A DNA stretch of 64,000 nucleotides from Tubulanus polymorphus (taxonomy: Eukaryota > Animalia > Nemertea), in the NCBI RefSeq assembly GCF_964204645.1, contig NC_134028.1:14825653-14889652 (forward strand), given 5' to 3'. The position numbers and the translations under genes are program-made. Every line of letters starts with the position of its first letter. Within the stretch, counting starts at the first letter, position 1. Positions 22,074 to 34,488 of the stretch are shown here, one piece after another. The notes beneath the pieces are model-generated. The model ran no database searches. It saw only the letters and a list, made by a program, of their open reading frames with translations, and was not told the origin of the DNA.

Positions 22074-25000
22074 AGAATAAGACAGAACAAATTGATGTTA
22101 ATGAAAATCAATATTATTGTCCTTATTGTAAAAAAATACATTAATAAATCTCAAAAATCGCGTCATGAAAAATCTTCAAATCATGTAAAACATGTTATAG
22201 ATTTTGAAACTTCAGAAAATTCCAATGAAAGAAAAGAACGATTAGAAAATATGAATGTGGATGAAATAAAATGTGAAGTTTGTAATGAATTTATAGTAAA
22301 AAGGAATTATAATAGACATCTCGAATCACAAAAACACCATCAAAATTTGAGTAATAATGTTTTAGATAAAGATTATTTCGATGATAAACCTCAAAAAGTA
22401 AAAAAACCAACTTCAAAAACTAAATCCATTTCAAATAAACCTTACATGGAAAATGTTAGAAATTATATTGATTCACTAGAAATAAAAGATACAATTGAAA
22501 TATTAGAAACATTACGTAGTAAAATTGGCCCTGCAGCTATTATATTTAGATTTTTTAAAGGTACAACAATAGAAGATTATAGTAAATTGAATGAAATAAT
22601 AGAATAAATACTAGATTTGATAACAGATGTTGAATATCCAAAAATTAGTATCTCTAGGAAAGTAAGTTTTTTAAAGTCAGAAGAGAAAATGGATTATAAT
22701 ATTCAAACACTCTCTGAAGAAATAATTTCAAAAACACAAATAAAAGAGAAGTTAGAAAAAATATTTAATGAATTTAAACGTCATATTAAAGAAAGATATT
22801 TTGAGGGTTCTGGTTTATCATTAAATGAAATTATATTTTTAGATTTAAATGTTTATAATACAAAAAGGAATAAAACATCAAAAAGTAAAACAATGTTTAA
22901 AAATGATTCAAACTTTACAACAGAAAAGGATATTAAAGCATCATCTTATATTAAATTACCATTTACAACTAAAGCAGTAATAAATGTTCAAAATGAAGAT
23001 AATAAATGTTTTCTATGGTCAATTATTAGTTGCTTACACCCAACAGAAGATATTACGCATAGTTAGAATAACAAATTACCGGAAATATGAAACATTATAT
23101 AAAATTGATCAATATCCAGTAACTATAAAAATGATACCCAAAATAGAAAAAATTAATAATTTAAAAATAAATGTATTCGAATTAATGCAATTACCAAAGA
23201 CAAAAGGTGAAAATATAAAAGATTATACATTGGAAGCTTTATATTTAACAGAATATTATGATGATGAAAATGCTATAGATTTGTTATATTACAAAAAAGA
23301 TGAAAATGAACATTATATGTGGTTAAAACAAATTGATTTATTCTTTAGAACAGAAAGTGATTTTAACAGTCATAAAATTTATCTATGTAGAAAATGTTTA
23401 TCTAAATTTAGAACTGAGAATGCGTTACTAAAACATAAAGAATTATGTGATAATAAAGATTTTTGCAAATTAATAATGCCAACAGAAAAAGATTATAAAT
23501 TGAAATTTACTAATCACTAATTTAAAAATATTGTTCCATTTGTAATTTATGGGGATTTTGAATCGTTGAATAAAGAATTAACTGATCAAGATAGAAAAGA
23601 AATATATAACAAAAAGCAATTATTAAAATCAATGGATAAAGGAAATGAATTAAATGAAGACACAACACAAGACCCGCCAATTGTAAATACAATTAAAAAG
23701 TTCATCAAAGAGCTGCTGCTTATGGAATTTACATCAAATCAAATTATCCCGAATTTTATGAAAGTCAATATATTTCTTTTAGAGGTGAAGATGTAGTTAA
23801 TGATTTTTGTGACAAAATGATTGAATTAGAAAGTGATTTTGCAAAATTATTAAACAAAAATAAAAGAATAGTTATGACAAAAGAAGATGAAATTGATTTT
23901 AATTATGCAACTCATTGTTGTTATTGTGAAAAACGTTTTTATTCATTTGATAAAAAAGTTAGAGATCATGATCATTTAAATTCAAAATATCGTGGAGCTG
24001 CTCATAAAGATTGCAATTTACAAGCTAAGAAAGTTAATTTCGTACCAATATTATTTCATAATTTATCAGGCTATGATACCCATCTATTTATAAAACAATT
24101 ATCGGGAAAATTGGGCGCAATTAATCAAGAAATAGAAGAATATAATGCTATGAATGGTGTAAATGTAAGAAAATATGATTTTAAACTATTAGCTAAAACA
24201 TCTGAAAATTATATTTCATTTCAATTTGGTTGCATTAGATTTTTAGATTCTTATAGATTTCTAGCAAGTTCATTAGATAATTTATCAAAAAGTTTAGTTG
24301 ATAATGATTTTGTTATAACTCGATATTATTATCCAAATGAACAAGATTTTAAATTATTGAGATATAAAGGTGCAATTCCTTATTCATTTTATAAAACACA
24401 CAATGATTTTAATGTAACAGAATTATTAAAAGATCAATTTTATGATCAATTAAAAGAGGAGTATGTGAAAGATGAAGTGTTCAATAGAACATTAAATATT
24501 TGGAACCATTTTAAGATGAAAAATCATGGTGAATTAGTTGATTTATATTTAAAATCAGATGTTATGATATTGGCTGACATATTTGAAAAATTTAGAGAAG
24601 TTAATTTAAATCATTTTAATGTTGATCCTTGTTATTGTTATTCAAGTCCTGGTTTAACCTGGCAATGTGGTTTAAAATATACAAATGTAGAATTAGATTT
24701 ATTAAAAGAACCAGACATGGTTTTATTATTTGAAAAATCAATTAGAGGTGGAATTAGTGGTGTTATGGGAGATAGGTATTCTAAAGCAAATGATGAATAT
24801 AAATTATTATATATTGACGCCAATAATTTATATGGTTGGGCAATGATGCAACCTCAACCATACAAAAATTTCATATCAACAGAAGTTGAAAATGATGATA
24901 AAACTGATTGGGAAAGCGCAATTGCGAGTTTAAAAGATGAAGCACCAATTGGTTATTTCTTTGTAGTTGATTTAGAATATCCTGAAAATATAAAGTTTAA

Positions 25001-26658
25001 AACAAGAAACTTACCTTATTGCCCAGAACATTTAACTGTAGATGATAGTTATTTAAGTGAATACCAGAGGAAAATAAAACCGAAAGATCATGTTTTTACA
25101 GAAAAATTAATACTTACTCAAAATAATAAATACAATTATATTGTTCATTATAGAATGTTAAAATTTTATCTAAAACAAGGAATGACATTAAAGAAAGTAC
25201 ATAGATATATTGAATTTAATCAATCGAAGTGCTTAGAAAAATATATAGATTTCAATACTCAACAGAGAACCATATCAAAAACAGATTTTGAAAAAGATTT
25301 CTTCAAATTAATGAATAATAGTTTTTATGGTAAAACATGTGAAAATATTAGAAATAGAAATGATATTGAATTAGTAAATAATTCTGAACGATTAAGACAT
25401 TTACAATCAAGTCCTAGACATTTAGGAAATAAAAGATTATTTAACATTTAAGATTATTTAACAGCAGTTAAATTAAAAAGAACGTCAATGAAATTTAATA
25501 AACCTATATTCATTGGTTCAACTGTTTTAGAAGTATCAAAATTATTAATGTATGATTTTTATTATAATGTTTTACAACCACTTTTTGGGGAAAAGCATAT
25601 TGAAATATTATATTTTGATTCTGTAACAGCTGACACCCCAATATTATTAAAATGTAATGATAAAATATTGATAAGAAGAATTTCAGAAATAATTCCAAAA
25701 CAAAATGAATGTTATATTTCATATGGTGAAAAAGAATTAATACAAATAAATGGTTTAATGGATGTTTGGACAAGAAATGGATGGAAAAAATTAAAGAATA
25801 TTATTAGGCATAAAACAAATAAGAAAATCTATAGAGTTAGAACTAAATTAGGGTTTGTAGATGTTACAGAAGATCATAGTTTAATTAAACGAAATGGTGA
25901 TGAAATAAAACCAATTGATATAAAAATTGGAGATGAATTATTACATAAAAAATTTTTTCCAAAGAATGAATCATATGTCATTTGATGAAATAATTGATAA
26001 TATTTATAATATAGAACCTGAAACATTAGAAGAAAAAGAATATTTTATCAAAGGATTTTTTATGGGAGATGGTTCAGCAGGTGTGTATAAATATGTTTGG
26101 GGTTATAAATATTGTTGGTATTTATGCAATCAAGATTTGATATTATTAGAAAGAATAAAGAAATATTGTGAAGAAGTTTATCCAAATAAAACATTTAAAA
26201 TCATGGATGTTATGAAATCATCAGCAGTTTATAGAATACTTGTAAATAATCCTAAAGATTTTACTATAAAATATAATGATGAATTCTATATTCATGCAAA
26301 AGTGAAAAGTAATACTTCAACAAAAGAAAAGATAGTTCCAGATTATGTATTAAATGCAAAAAAATAATTTAAAAAAATGGTTCTTCATTGGATTCTACGC
26401 AGCAGATGGTGCTAAAAAATTTACAAAGGATAAAAAGATAACCTTTGCACAGAAAGGAAAAGTTGCTATATCAGGGTTAAATATATTATGTAATTCATTA
26501 GGCTTCAATATGATTATTGGATTGATTAAATCTAAACCAAATTGCTTTAATTTAAGCCACAGAGAAAAAGATTTAACTGAAGAAGTTAAAGATTTATTTG
26601 AAATATATAACCCATCAGATTATGTTTATGATTTATCAATTGAAGATGGTACATTTAA
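22067..26658 (+). pseudogene. polB: protein-primed PolB of Maverick B, N-terminal part, intein-containing, frameshifted
   Basis: N-terminal zinc fingers, DNKCFLWS, YGDFES, RDHDH, FHNLSGYD, YIDANNLYG, KLMNNSFYGK, then ILYFD followed by the intein. Confidence 0.93.
25620..26658 (+). mobile_element. intein with LAGLIDADG homing endonuclease in PolB motif C (C-terminal end at 38125-38156, minus strand)
   Basis: Block A SVTADTPILLK, block B VDVTEDHSL, FIKGFFMGDG and FFIGFYAADG, KEKIVPDYVLN, block F YVYDLSIEDGTF, continuing NCGFPLICFN|TDS; two frameshifts. Confidence 0.9.
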
Positions 26659-26719
26659 AATTGAATCCAAAACATATACTCGGTCCAACAGTTATATTCA
26701 TTTATATAGTGAAAAAAAA

Positions 26720-27290
26720 ATACTCTTTACATCTTATAATTAATTCATAAATTATAGGAAAGTTATTCAAATCAATTAATTATCCATTATGATTTCTTAC
26801 TTCTAATCTAAAATTATTAAATTGAGGAATACAAGGTTTAAAATCACATTCTGTTAAATTATAATTTATTTGAGTTCCAAATTGTTTAACATTTTTTAGC
26901 GGTAAAATATTTAGTATACTAGAACTACAAATTGTTTCTTTAGTTGCTTCGAAAGTTTTTGTAGGATCGATTAAATTGCAATAAATATAAAATTGTGTAA
27001 AAGGTATTATATTTGAGATGCCTTCTGCGTTTCCAGTAACTGTAAGCGGTTTAATTCCTAACATTTTAGCCATTGGTTTGTTTACCATAAATTTATGTTG
27101 TTCATTAGATATCTTTATTCTTATTTTATTAGTACTATCAATTTTATTAAATTTAATTTCAAATACAGAAGTGCCCCCGATTTTCAACCGAGCTCTTCTA
27201 TTAATTTCCTGCGCTAATGATTCTAAATTATATAATCCTGGTTTTAAAAATAGATGAAACCATTTATCTTTATTTCTCATATAAATCATA
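26720..27290 (-). pseudogene. penton of Maverick A, C-terminal half (inverted)
   Basis: MIYMRNKDKWFHLFLKPGLYN... continues exactly where 21547-21733 stops; starts with the TSD TATGAT. Confidence 0.85.
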
Positions 27291-27634
27291 AGTAATTAGT
27301 AAATGGCGTTTTCATACCAGAGGTCGAGAGGTCGAGACACCACTCATCACAGCTAGGCTCTAGTGAGAACGGACGATTGCTCTGTGATACACATATACAG
27401 TGAGTGCGCGTAACAACAACAGCGCGTGGATAGATAGATACAGTGAGTCGCTACTGAGAACGGTTATTAACCCGTGTGCTATTACTGTAGTACAGTGATT
27501 GCGTGTCAGCTGTGCCCGGATTGATAGATGCTGTGAGGCTTGGGTGAGAACGGTTAATAGCGTGCTTGTTATATACAAGGGGAAGTAATCCCCACTCATC
27601 ACCACAAGTAATTTGTTTTCCTTATAAATGGGAG
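27291..27634 (+). repeat. right TIR of Maverick B (appears direct because of the inversion)
   Basis: Copy of 21734-22073; flanked by ATCATA at 27285-27290, the reverse complement of TATGAT. Confidence 0.9.
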
Positions 27635-27953
27635 ATAGAAAAGCATTCTTAACAACAATAAATAACAGAATAAAACCAGCAAAAAACAATTTGAAATAAA
27701 AAAGTTAGTTGATGTTACAAAATAAATTGAACATAAAATATTGAAATTAGAAAAGATAAAAACTAAATATGGAGAGAAAGTATCAGCTAATTTAAGCTAC
27801 TGCAATGTTAGTACATCGCGAGAATTTAAAGTATTTTTACCTGATAAATGGGTTTCATTGAGTACAGAGGAATTAAAAGATTTAGAAGGATTTAAAATAA
27901 TCTATCATGGAAAATATGAAGATGGCCATCATGATTTAGAAATTGTTGATTAA
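27628..27953 (+). pseudogene. small Maverick terminal ORF (frameshifted; intact at 60479-60805)
   Basis: Near-identical to the 108-aa ORF at 60479. Confidence 0.75.
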
Positions 27954-28128
27954 ATTTAAAAAAATAAATTAATAAAAATAATGAATATCTAGAATCCGAA
28001 ATGACTTATCTGGACAATCTAATTGCTCCGCATAGATAGACAAAAGTAGTGAGATGGTGCCGTACAGCACCCATATGGTGTTATTCAATTAATTAAAAAA
28101 ATTATTTTTTTGCTTTTTTTCTAAAATA

Positions 28129-28482
28129 TTAATCCATTTTTTTTATTATCAATTTTGGAATTTCAGAAGTATTTTCATTTTTGATAGCAGTTGTTTCAGA
28201 ATTATTAATATCATGAATTTTATTTGATTTCTTATACCAATTACACCCAATCAAAATGAATACAATTACAAATCCAACTGTAAAATATAGACATTTATCA
28301 AATATTCTATTATTAGAAGGAGTAGAAATAACAATATTTTCATCATTTTTATTAACATTTTTATTACTTATTTTTTCTTTTATAGCTTTTTTATATTCTT
28401 GTGATTTAATTCCTAATTGCCGAGACCATTCAATTTGTTTCTGAGTTCTCGGTTTTTTCTTCACTTCTTCCACCTTGTTCAT
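28129..28482 (-). CDS. small basic protein with one TM helix
   Basis: KKPRTQKQIEWSRQLG; LYFTVGFVIVFILIG; homologs at 51750-52112 and 61809-62177. Confidence 0.75.
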   Translation of the reverse strand: MNKVEEVKKKPRTQKQIEWSRQLGIKSQEYKKAIKEKISNKNVNKNDENIVISTPSNNRIFDKCLYFTVGFVIVFILIGCNWYKKSNKIHDINNSETTAIKNENTSEIPKLIIKKMD

Positions 28483-29020
28483 TTATTAAAGAAATATTTT
28501 TACTTTCAATATTTGAAAATGTTATAACTCCAGTTGATAATAATGTCATAAATCCACCTAATTGAAATGATAAATATCCAATCCATTTATTTAATTCAGT
28601 CATAACTAAATAATCATTTTTTAAATCAGCATATAATCTATTTTCATCTTGAATTGGTAGTATATAATTACATAATTTACTATAACCTTTTACTACATTT
28701 TCTGATATCGCGTCATTAATTCTAGCTTTTCTCGCGGCTTCATAAATCTTAAATAATCTAATAATTTCATCTGATTTCATTGTATCTAATTCATTATAAG
28801 TTAAATTTTTACCGACAAAATTTTTACATTTTCCAGATACTATTAATATTTCTAATTGATGTTTACAATAAAGATAATATTCATAATTATTATTTGTTGT
28901 AACATTATTTAAAGCACCATCATCTGGAGTTAATTTTGTTTCTGTTATTCCTAAATCATCTGAAGTTTTTTCAATTGGAACATCACAATTTTTAGATTTT
29001 CTTTTCTTTTCACCTCCCAT
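28430..29020 (-). CDS. conserved Maverick hypothetical protein with hydrophobic C-terminal segment
   Basis: Homologs at 52105-52713 and 62110-62715; TAAATG start. Confidence 0.75.
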   Translation of the reverse strand: MGGEKKRKSKNCDVPIEKTSDDLGITETKLTPDDGALNNVTTNNNYEYYLYCKHQLEILIVSGKCKNFVGKNLTYNELDTMKSDEIIRLFKIYEAARKARINDAISENVVKGYSKLCNYILPIQDENRLYADLKNDYLVMTELNKWIGYLSFQLGGFMTLLSTGVITFSNIESKNISLINEQGGRSEEKTENSETN

Positions 29021-29051
29021 TTATATAACAAACAAATTAGTTGTGTTGTTG

Positions 29052-29325
29052 CAACTAGAATTCAACTAGAATGTAACTAGAATTGAACTAGATTAACAAG
29101 CTAGTTGAAATATTGTTGTTTTTATTTATTTCTTGTTAAATCTAGTTGATTTTTGTTCCAACTACCAATAACTAGAATTCAACTAGAATGTAACTAAAAA
29201 TATACTAGATTAACAAGCTAGTTAAAATATTGCTGAATTTTATTTGATTTTTGTTTCAAATACCAATAACTAGAATTCAACTAGAATGTAAATAAATATG
29301 TAATAGATTAACAAACCTGTTGAAT
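29052..29325. repeat. intergenic AACTAGA iteron array
   Basis: AACTAGAATTC/AACTAGAATGT/AACTAGATTAACAAG repeated in about 3 blocks; same array at 62750-63000. Confidence 0.8.
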
Positions 29326-29389
29326 TTAAATAAATTCATATTGAAATGGGTGTTGTAATCTAAATAATAATTTTGATCTTTTATTATTT

Positions 29390-31140
29390 TTGGAATATGT
29401 TGCAATGGTAAAAAATATAATTATACCTTTAATAGATCTTCTTGGGAAGTTAATATTCTCATTAATTATTTCATCATTTGCATTAAAAGTTACAGTTTTA
29501 AATTTATCAATATAATCATATAATAATGAAAATCCTTGATTGTATTGAGTTTGAATTGTGTTAGCAATATTTTCATTAGTTACTGTGTTATATTCTAAAC
29601 ATATATTCGATAATTTATAACCCATATCTTTAACAACGCTAGATAATACAATTTCATTTACAGGAGCAAATGTTATCTCAAATATAATATCTTCTTGAAT
29701 TACATATTTATATAAAGGTGCATTATTATCTATCAATTCAAAGTCTAATGGAATTTTATATTTGCTTCCATAAATCTTTTTTATCAAATTATCCGTAGCA
29801 TTAGTTATTATTGCATTATTAGCTTCTGATGTTTATTATGGTTTTCTGATTGGATGCCTTGAAATATCATATTATTTTCTTTTTTTAACCTTAAATCTTT
29901 ATAATGCATAAATAGATTATATTCATCTAATGAGAAAACTGTTTCTGGACCAATCTTTATAGTTAATTTTTTAATCAAATATCTCCCAACATTATCGACA
30001 ACATAATTATTATCATGACCAGTTACTTTTATATCGGCTGATAAATAAATACTATTTGGAACATAAAAAGTATTTTGTGTAAGACGTTTTCGTATCGAAT
30101 ATTCCCCCTATCGGAAAAACGACAATGTCGATGCGTAAAAGCGCTCAAATCGTCAGGAAAAGCACTTTTCGGACCGAAAACGTCGTTCAGCGCGAGAAAA
30201 GACGTTTTCGTATCAAATATTCCCCCTATCGGAAAAACGACAATGTCGATGCGTAAAAGCGCTCAAATCGTCAGGAAAAGCACTTTTCGACGCGAAAACC
30301 TCGTTCAGCGCGAGAAAAGACGTTTTCGTGTCAAATATTCCCCCTATCGGAAAAACGACAATGTCGATGCGTAAAAGCGCTCAAATCGTCAGGAAAAGCA
30401 CTTTTCGACGCGAAAACGTCGTTCAGCGCGAGAAAATACGTTTTCGTATCAAATGTTCCCCCTATCGGAAAAACGACAATGTCGATGCGTAAAAGCGCTC
30501 AAATCGTCAGGAAAAGCACTTTTCGACGCGAAAACGTCGTTCAGCGCGAGAAAAGACGTTTTCGTATCAAATATTCCCCCTATCGGAAAAACGACAATGT
30601 CGATGCGTAAAAGCGCTCAAATCGTCAGGAAAAGCACTTTTCGACGCGAAAACGTCGTTCAGCGCGAGAAAATACGTTTTCGTATCAAATATTCCCCCTA
30701 TCGGAAAAACGACAATGTCGATGCGTAAAAGCGCTCAAATCGTCAGGAAAAGCACTTTTCGACGCGAAAACGTCGTTCAGCGCGAGAAAAGACGTTTTCG
30801 TATCAAATATTCCCCCTATCGGAAAAACGACAATGTCGATGCGTAAAAGCGCTCAAATCGTCAGGAAAAGCACTTTTCGACGCGAAAACGTCGTACAGCG
30901 CGAGAAAAGACGTTTTCGTATCAAATATTCCCCCTATCGGAAAAACGACAATGTCGATGCGTAAAAGCGCTCAAATCGTCAGGAAAAGCACTTTTCGGAC
31001 CGAAAACGTCGTTCAGCATATAAAGTTTTATCGGGATTAATATTTGAAGGATTATGAGTGATTATATGATGTGATCTTTCTGCTTTAATAGCATTAGATA
31101 TTCTAGAAATCTTAGAAGGACTTATATAACTCCCACTCAT
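29390..31140 (-). pseudogene. major capsid protein (double jelly-roll), interrupted by satellite, C-terminus deleted and fused to ATPase tail (29326-29390)
   Basis: MSGSYISPSK..IKAERSHHIITHNPSNINP; VVDNVGRYLIKKL; YGSKYKIPLDFELI; LSNICLEY; INENINFPRRSIKGI. Tail RSKLLFRLQHPFQYEFI equals the ATPase end at 63000. Confidence 0.75.
30081..31018. repeat. 118-bp tandem satellite, about 8 near-identical copies
   Basis: GACGTTTTCG recurs at 30083, 30201, 30319 and onward; much higher GC than flanks. Confidence 0.97.
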
Positions 31141-31156
31141 TTATTTAACAAAAAGA

Positions 31157-32624
31157 TTAATTATTTTTTTCTTTATTATTTTTTCTTGATATCTTTTTGA
31201 TATCATATTCACTAACCCAAAAATAATAGCACTTACAACTGTAATTAAAAATAAAATAATATGTTCAGCAGCAAAGTTACGAATATTACCTACAGATTTC
31301 AATATAAAACCATCAATTGATGCAATAATTCCTGGTAAAGCTGCAGCAGATTTTTTAGATAGTTCCCATAAATATTTTGCTAATTTCTTTAAACCATCCT
31401 TAACTTTATCTTTTATAGAATTATTATCATTCGGGGTTTATCCGGTTTACTGGGAGTAGGAGTAGATTTCAAAGAATTTGATATTGCTAAACCAATTGTT
31501 GTAAATAACATAGTTACAGCTGTTAGAATTGAAAGAATTGTTATTCCTTCTAATTTAAATAATAACTTTATTCTATCTTTTAATGATATTTCAGAATTTG
31601 GTTTAATCAACAGATCTTTATAAATAACTTTTAATCTATTAATATTATAATCATATGATTTTAATAATAATTTAATTTCTTCTTTCTGTACTTCTAAATT
31701 ATCTTTTAAATTATAAATTTCTTTTTCTAATCGTAATTCTTTTTGCCTATATTCTATTTCATCAATTACTCGATGATCTAAATCAGACTTTAATTGTTCT
31801 ATTTCTTTATTTTTATCAGTTAATTCTTTTTCTAAAAATCTAATTTTAAAATCTCTTATACTTTTATTATGTGCAATTTTATCAGCTTCATTTCTTATAC
31901 TAATAATTTCTCTAATTGCTTTATCAGAAAATATATTTAAATCTTCTAATTGTTGATCTGTTGCATCAATTAATCCATTCGGTAAAAGTTTTTCAATTGG
32001 AACTTTATTTGATTTAAGTTTACTAGTTTTGGAAGTTATATTCTGTTCAGAAGTTGTTTCTGTTTCTGATTTCTTTTTGATTATTTCAAATAATTCATTA
32101 ATTCTTTGTTTAAATACGTCTATATCATTACCAGTTAATTCTTGTTTTATAACATCAGTTATTACATTACTATTACTAATTCTTTTAATTCTATCTGGAT
32201 CTAAATCACTCAAAGTTGATTTTGTTAATATTTTATTTTTATTATTTTTATAAGTGATATCAATATAATAATCACCTTTCAAATGATAATACCATTTACC
32301 ATTATCTAAAAATTTTAATTGATCTGCTAAAGGTCCAACGTCTTCATCATTTATGTTAAGTTTAGAATTTTCAATTATACGTTCTAATTTAGGTATTTTG
32401 TTTAAATTATCTAAATCGTGTTTTACTAAATCTGGGTCTAAATTTTCATGATTTAATTGTGATTCTGCATTTTTAATATAATCAGGCATATTTAAATTAT
32501 TACTATATTCTGGCTCATTACCGTCATTAAAACTTGTTTCACTAAAATCAGGTTGTTGTTCATCAGTTATGCCAGGTTCATCAAAATTATCCATTCCAAT
32601 ATCTTCTCCACCTTCTACATCCAT
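31157..32624 (-). pseudogene. coiled-coil protein with C-terminal hydrophobic helices (Polinton-associated), frameshift near 31425
   Basis: LKDRIKLLFKLEGITILSILTAV...; the next frame gives KKLAKYLW...AAALPGIIASI...IILFLITVVSAIIFGLV. Truncated duplicate at 39740-40508. Confidence 0.7.
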
Positions 32625-32640
32625 TTATATAATAAAAAAA

Positions 32641-34027
32641 TTAAAATTTAAAATATAATATTCCTCCCATAACAATTCCTATACAAGTTAAAGCTAATTT
32701 AGTATTTTCATGGGATTTATTATCATTATCAATTTTAATTATATCATGTTGAATATTATCAGTTTTAATATGTTCTGTAGTATTGCAATCTTTTATTTTT
32801 GAATCATAATCCAATTTAATATTTTTAGTTTTAGTTTCAGTTGATTGAATATGTTTTTTATTTTTTTCACCTTCCATTAATTTTGGAGCAGTAATAATCT
32901 TTTTATTTATATCATTTAATCCAAATGAATTATTTATTGTTGCAGTTTTAATTAGATTATTATAACCAATTATATTTCCCAATTTTAGTACTAAATCATT
33001 AGAAATAATTAATAGATTAGGGCCTATACAATAATTTAATCTAATATGTGATTTATCTAAATAATTTTGATATCTTACAATGTTTTCTGGAATAGATCTA
33101 TTTTTATCATTATGAATTGAATCTTCAAATAATACTTTGAATTGTTTCTGTGTATCAAATGATGTATTTAAATTTCCAATTATTGGGGATCTTGTTTCAA
33201 CTTGCGCACCTAAAATACATATCAAATAAGTTCTAATAGATTGATTTATTCTTTGTATACCTGATTTAGTAAAACCTTCACTATTTTCTAAAATAAAATA
33301 AACCCAACCATTATTGTTTTCTTGTTTTAAATGATCATAAAATTTCGGTAATTTATTGAAATATAACTTCTAAATCCTTTGTTTCTATTTTACCATAACC
33401 TAATTTATTATTATAGATATTATAAAAGCTATTAGATGGTATGGGAAGTGTACAATATGCTGCAACATTTTCAGGGCAAGGAAGTGATCTTATTGTTCCA
33501 ATTTTTGTTCTAAAATCAGAATTATTTATATCTATATTAAATTCATTGCAAATTTTATAAAACTTTGATAAATTAATATTATTATCTAATTCTTTAAAAT
33601 ATCTAGATCCTGGTAAAGCGCACTCTAATTCATTTAATATTATTCTGATTTGAAAGTATGTATGAAATCTAAATAAACTTTGAATTAATTTATATTTAGA
33701 ATTATTCAAATGATCATTCCAACTAATTCCATAACCTGTTGTTGCACAATAAACAGCAAAATTTAATTGGTTCTGCCAATACTTCATATTAGATTTTAAT
33801 AACCATTGTTTTTCATCTTTCAATTTTTTAAAATTAATTAAATATACATGAAATATATTTTCCATCTTTGCATTAAAATTATTAGTTTCAGTAACATAAA
33901 TTTCTAAATTAGTTAATGAATCTAAAACTTCATTTCTATATGTAATATCTTTATTAAAATCTATTGCAGGAATATTATATTTAATTGATTTATTATATTG
34001 GAAAGCTTTTGGAAAACTATCTACCAT
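32641..34027 (-). pseudogene. conserved Polinton protein (frameshifted copy of 40525-41913)
   Basis: A 2-bp deletion near 33366 splits the 462-aa frame. Confidence 0.85.
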
Positions 34028-34043
34028 TTATATAATAAAAAAA

Positions 34044-34469
34044 TTAATAATTTATTAATTCTTTTAATAATTTATCTTGTTCTTCAACTGTTATATGACC
34101 ATTTAAACTTATTATATAATCTAGTGTATTTTTTAATTTATTAATTTCTTTTATATTCGTTTTAATTTTTTCTTTATTACTTTTTATATTCAATTTTGAA
34201 CTTATACCGGTTAAAACACTTGATGATAATCCTAACACACCAATTGATATAGCTAAAGGTGTTAATGGACTGAAAATTGCTAGAAATGTTATTACAGAAC
34301 TAATTGTAACCGAACCACTTATAATCAAATAATATATAATTCTAGATTTTAAATATTTTTTCTTTTTAACTTTTAAATCATTTTCAAATTCTAATATTTG
34401 TTTTTCTAAATATGTTTTTAATTTAGTTCTATTTATATCATGAGGAATAATATCAATATTATCATCCAT
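34044..34469 (-). CDS. two-TM-helix small membrane protein
   Basis: Long hydrophobic hairpin between basic coiled segments; copies at 41930-42355, 39022-39444, 46908-47330. Confidence 0.75.
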   Translation of the reverse strand: MDDNIDIIPHDINRTKLKTYLEKQILEFENDLKVKKKKYLKSRIIYYLIISGSVTISSVITFLAIFSPLTPLAISIGVLGLSSSVLTGISSKLNIKSNKEKIKTNIKEINKLKNTLDYIISLNGHITVEEQDKLLKELINY

Positions 34470-34488
34470 TTATTTAGCAAAAAAATTA

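Noticed and set aside
21734-27634. Direct repeats read as LTRs of a 5.9-kb element
   Set aside because: AGT termini, the inverted TSD and the TTAA breakpoints show they are Maverick TIRs turned direct by inversion.
27360-27689. 109-aa minus-strand ORF, and the first ~20 codons of ORF 22005-22607
   Set aside because: They lie in TIR sequence, and the frame is not conserved between TIR copies.
28000-28046. SECIS element (ATGA...AA...GA)
   Set aside because: Helix register does not fit well and no upstream selenoprotein-like ORF is evident; kept only as a generic structured-element candidate.
30081-31018. CRISPR array or coding ORFs (30075-30374, 30453-30728)
   Set aside because: Units are wholly repeated with no unique spacers, no cas genes are present and the context is eukaryotic; the ORFs are by-products of the repeat.
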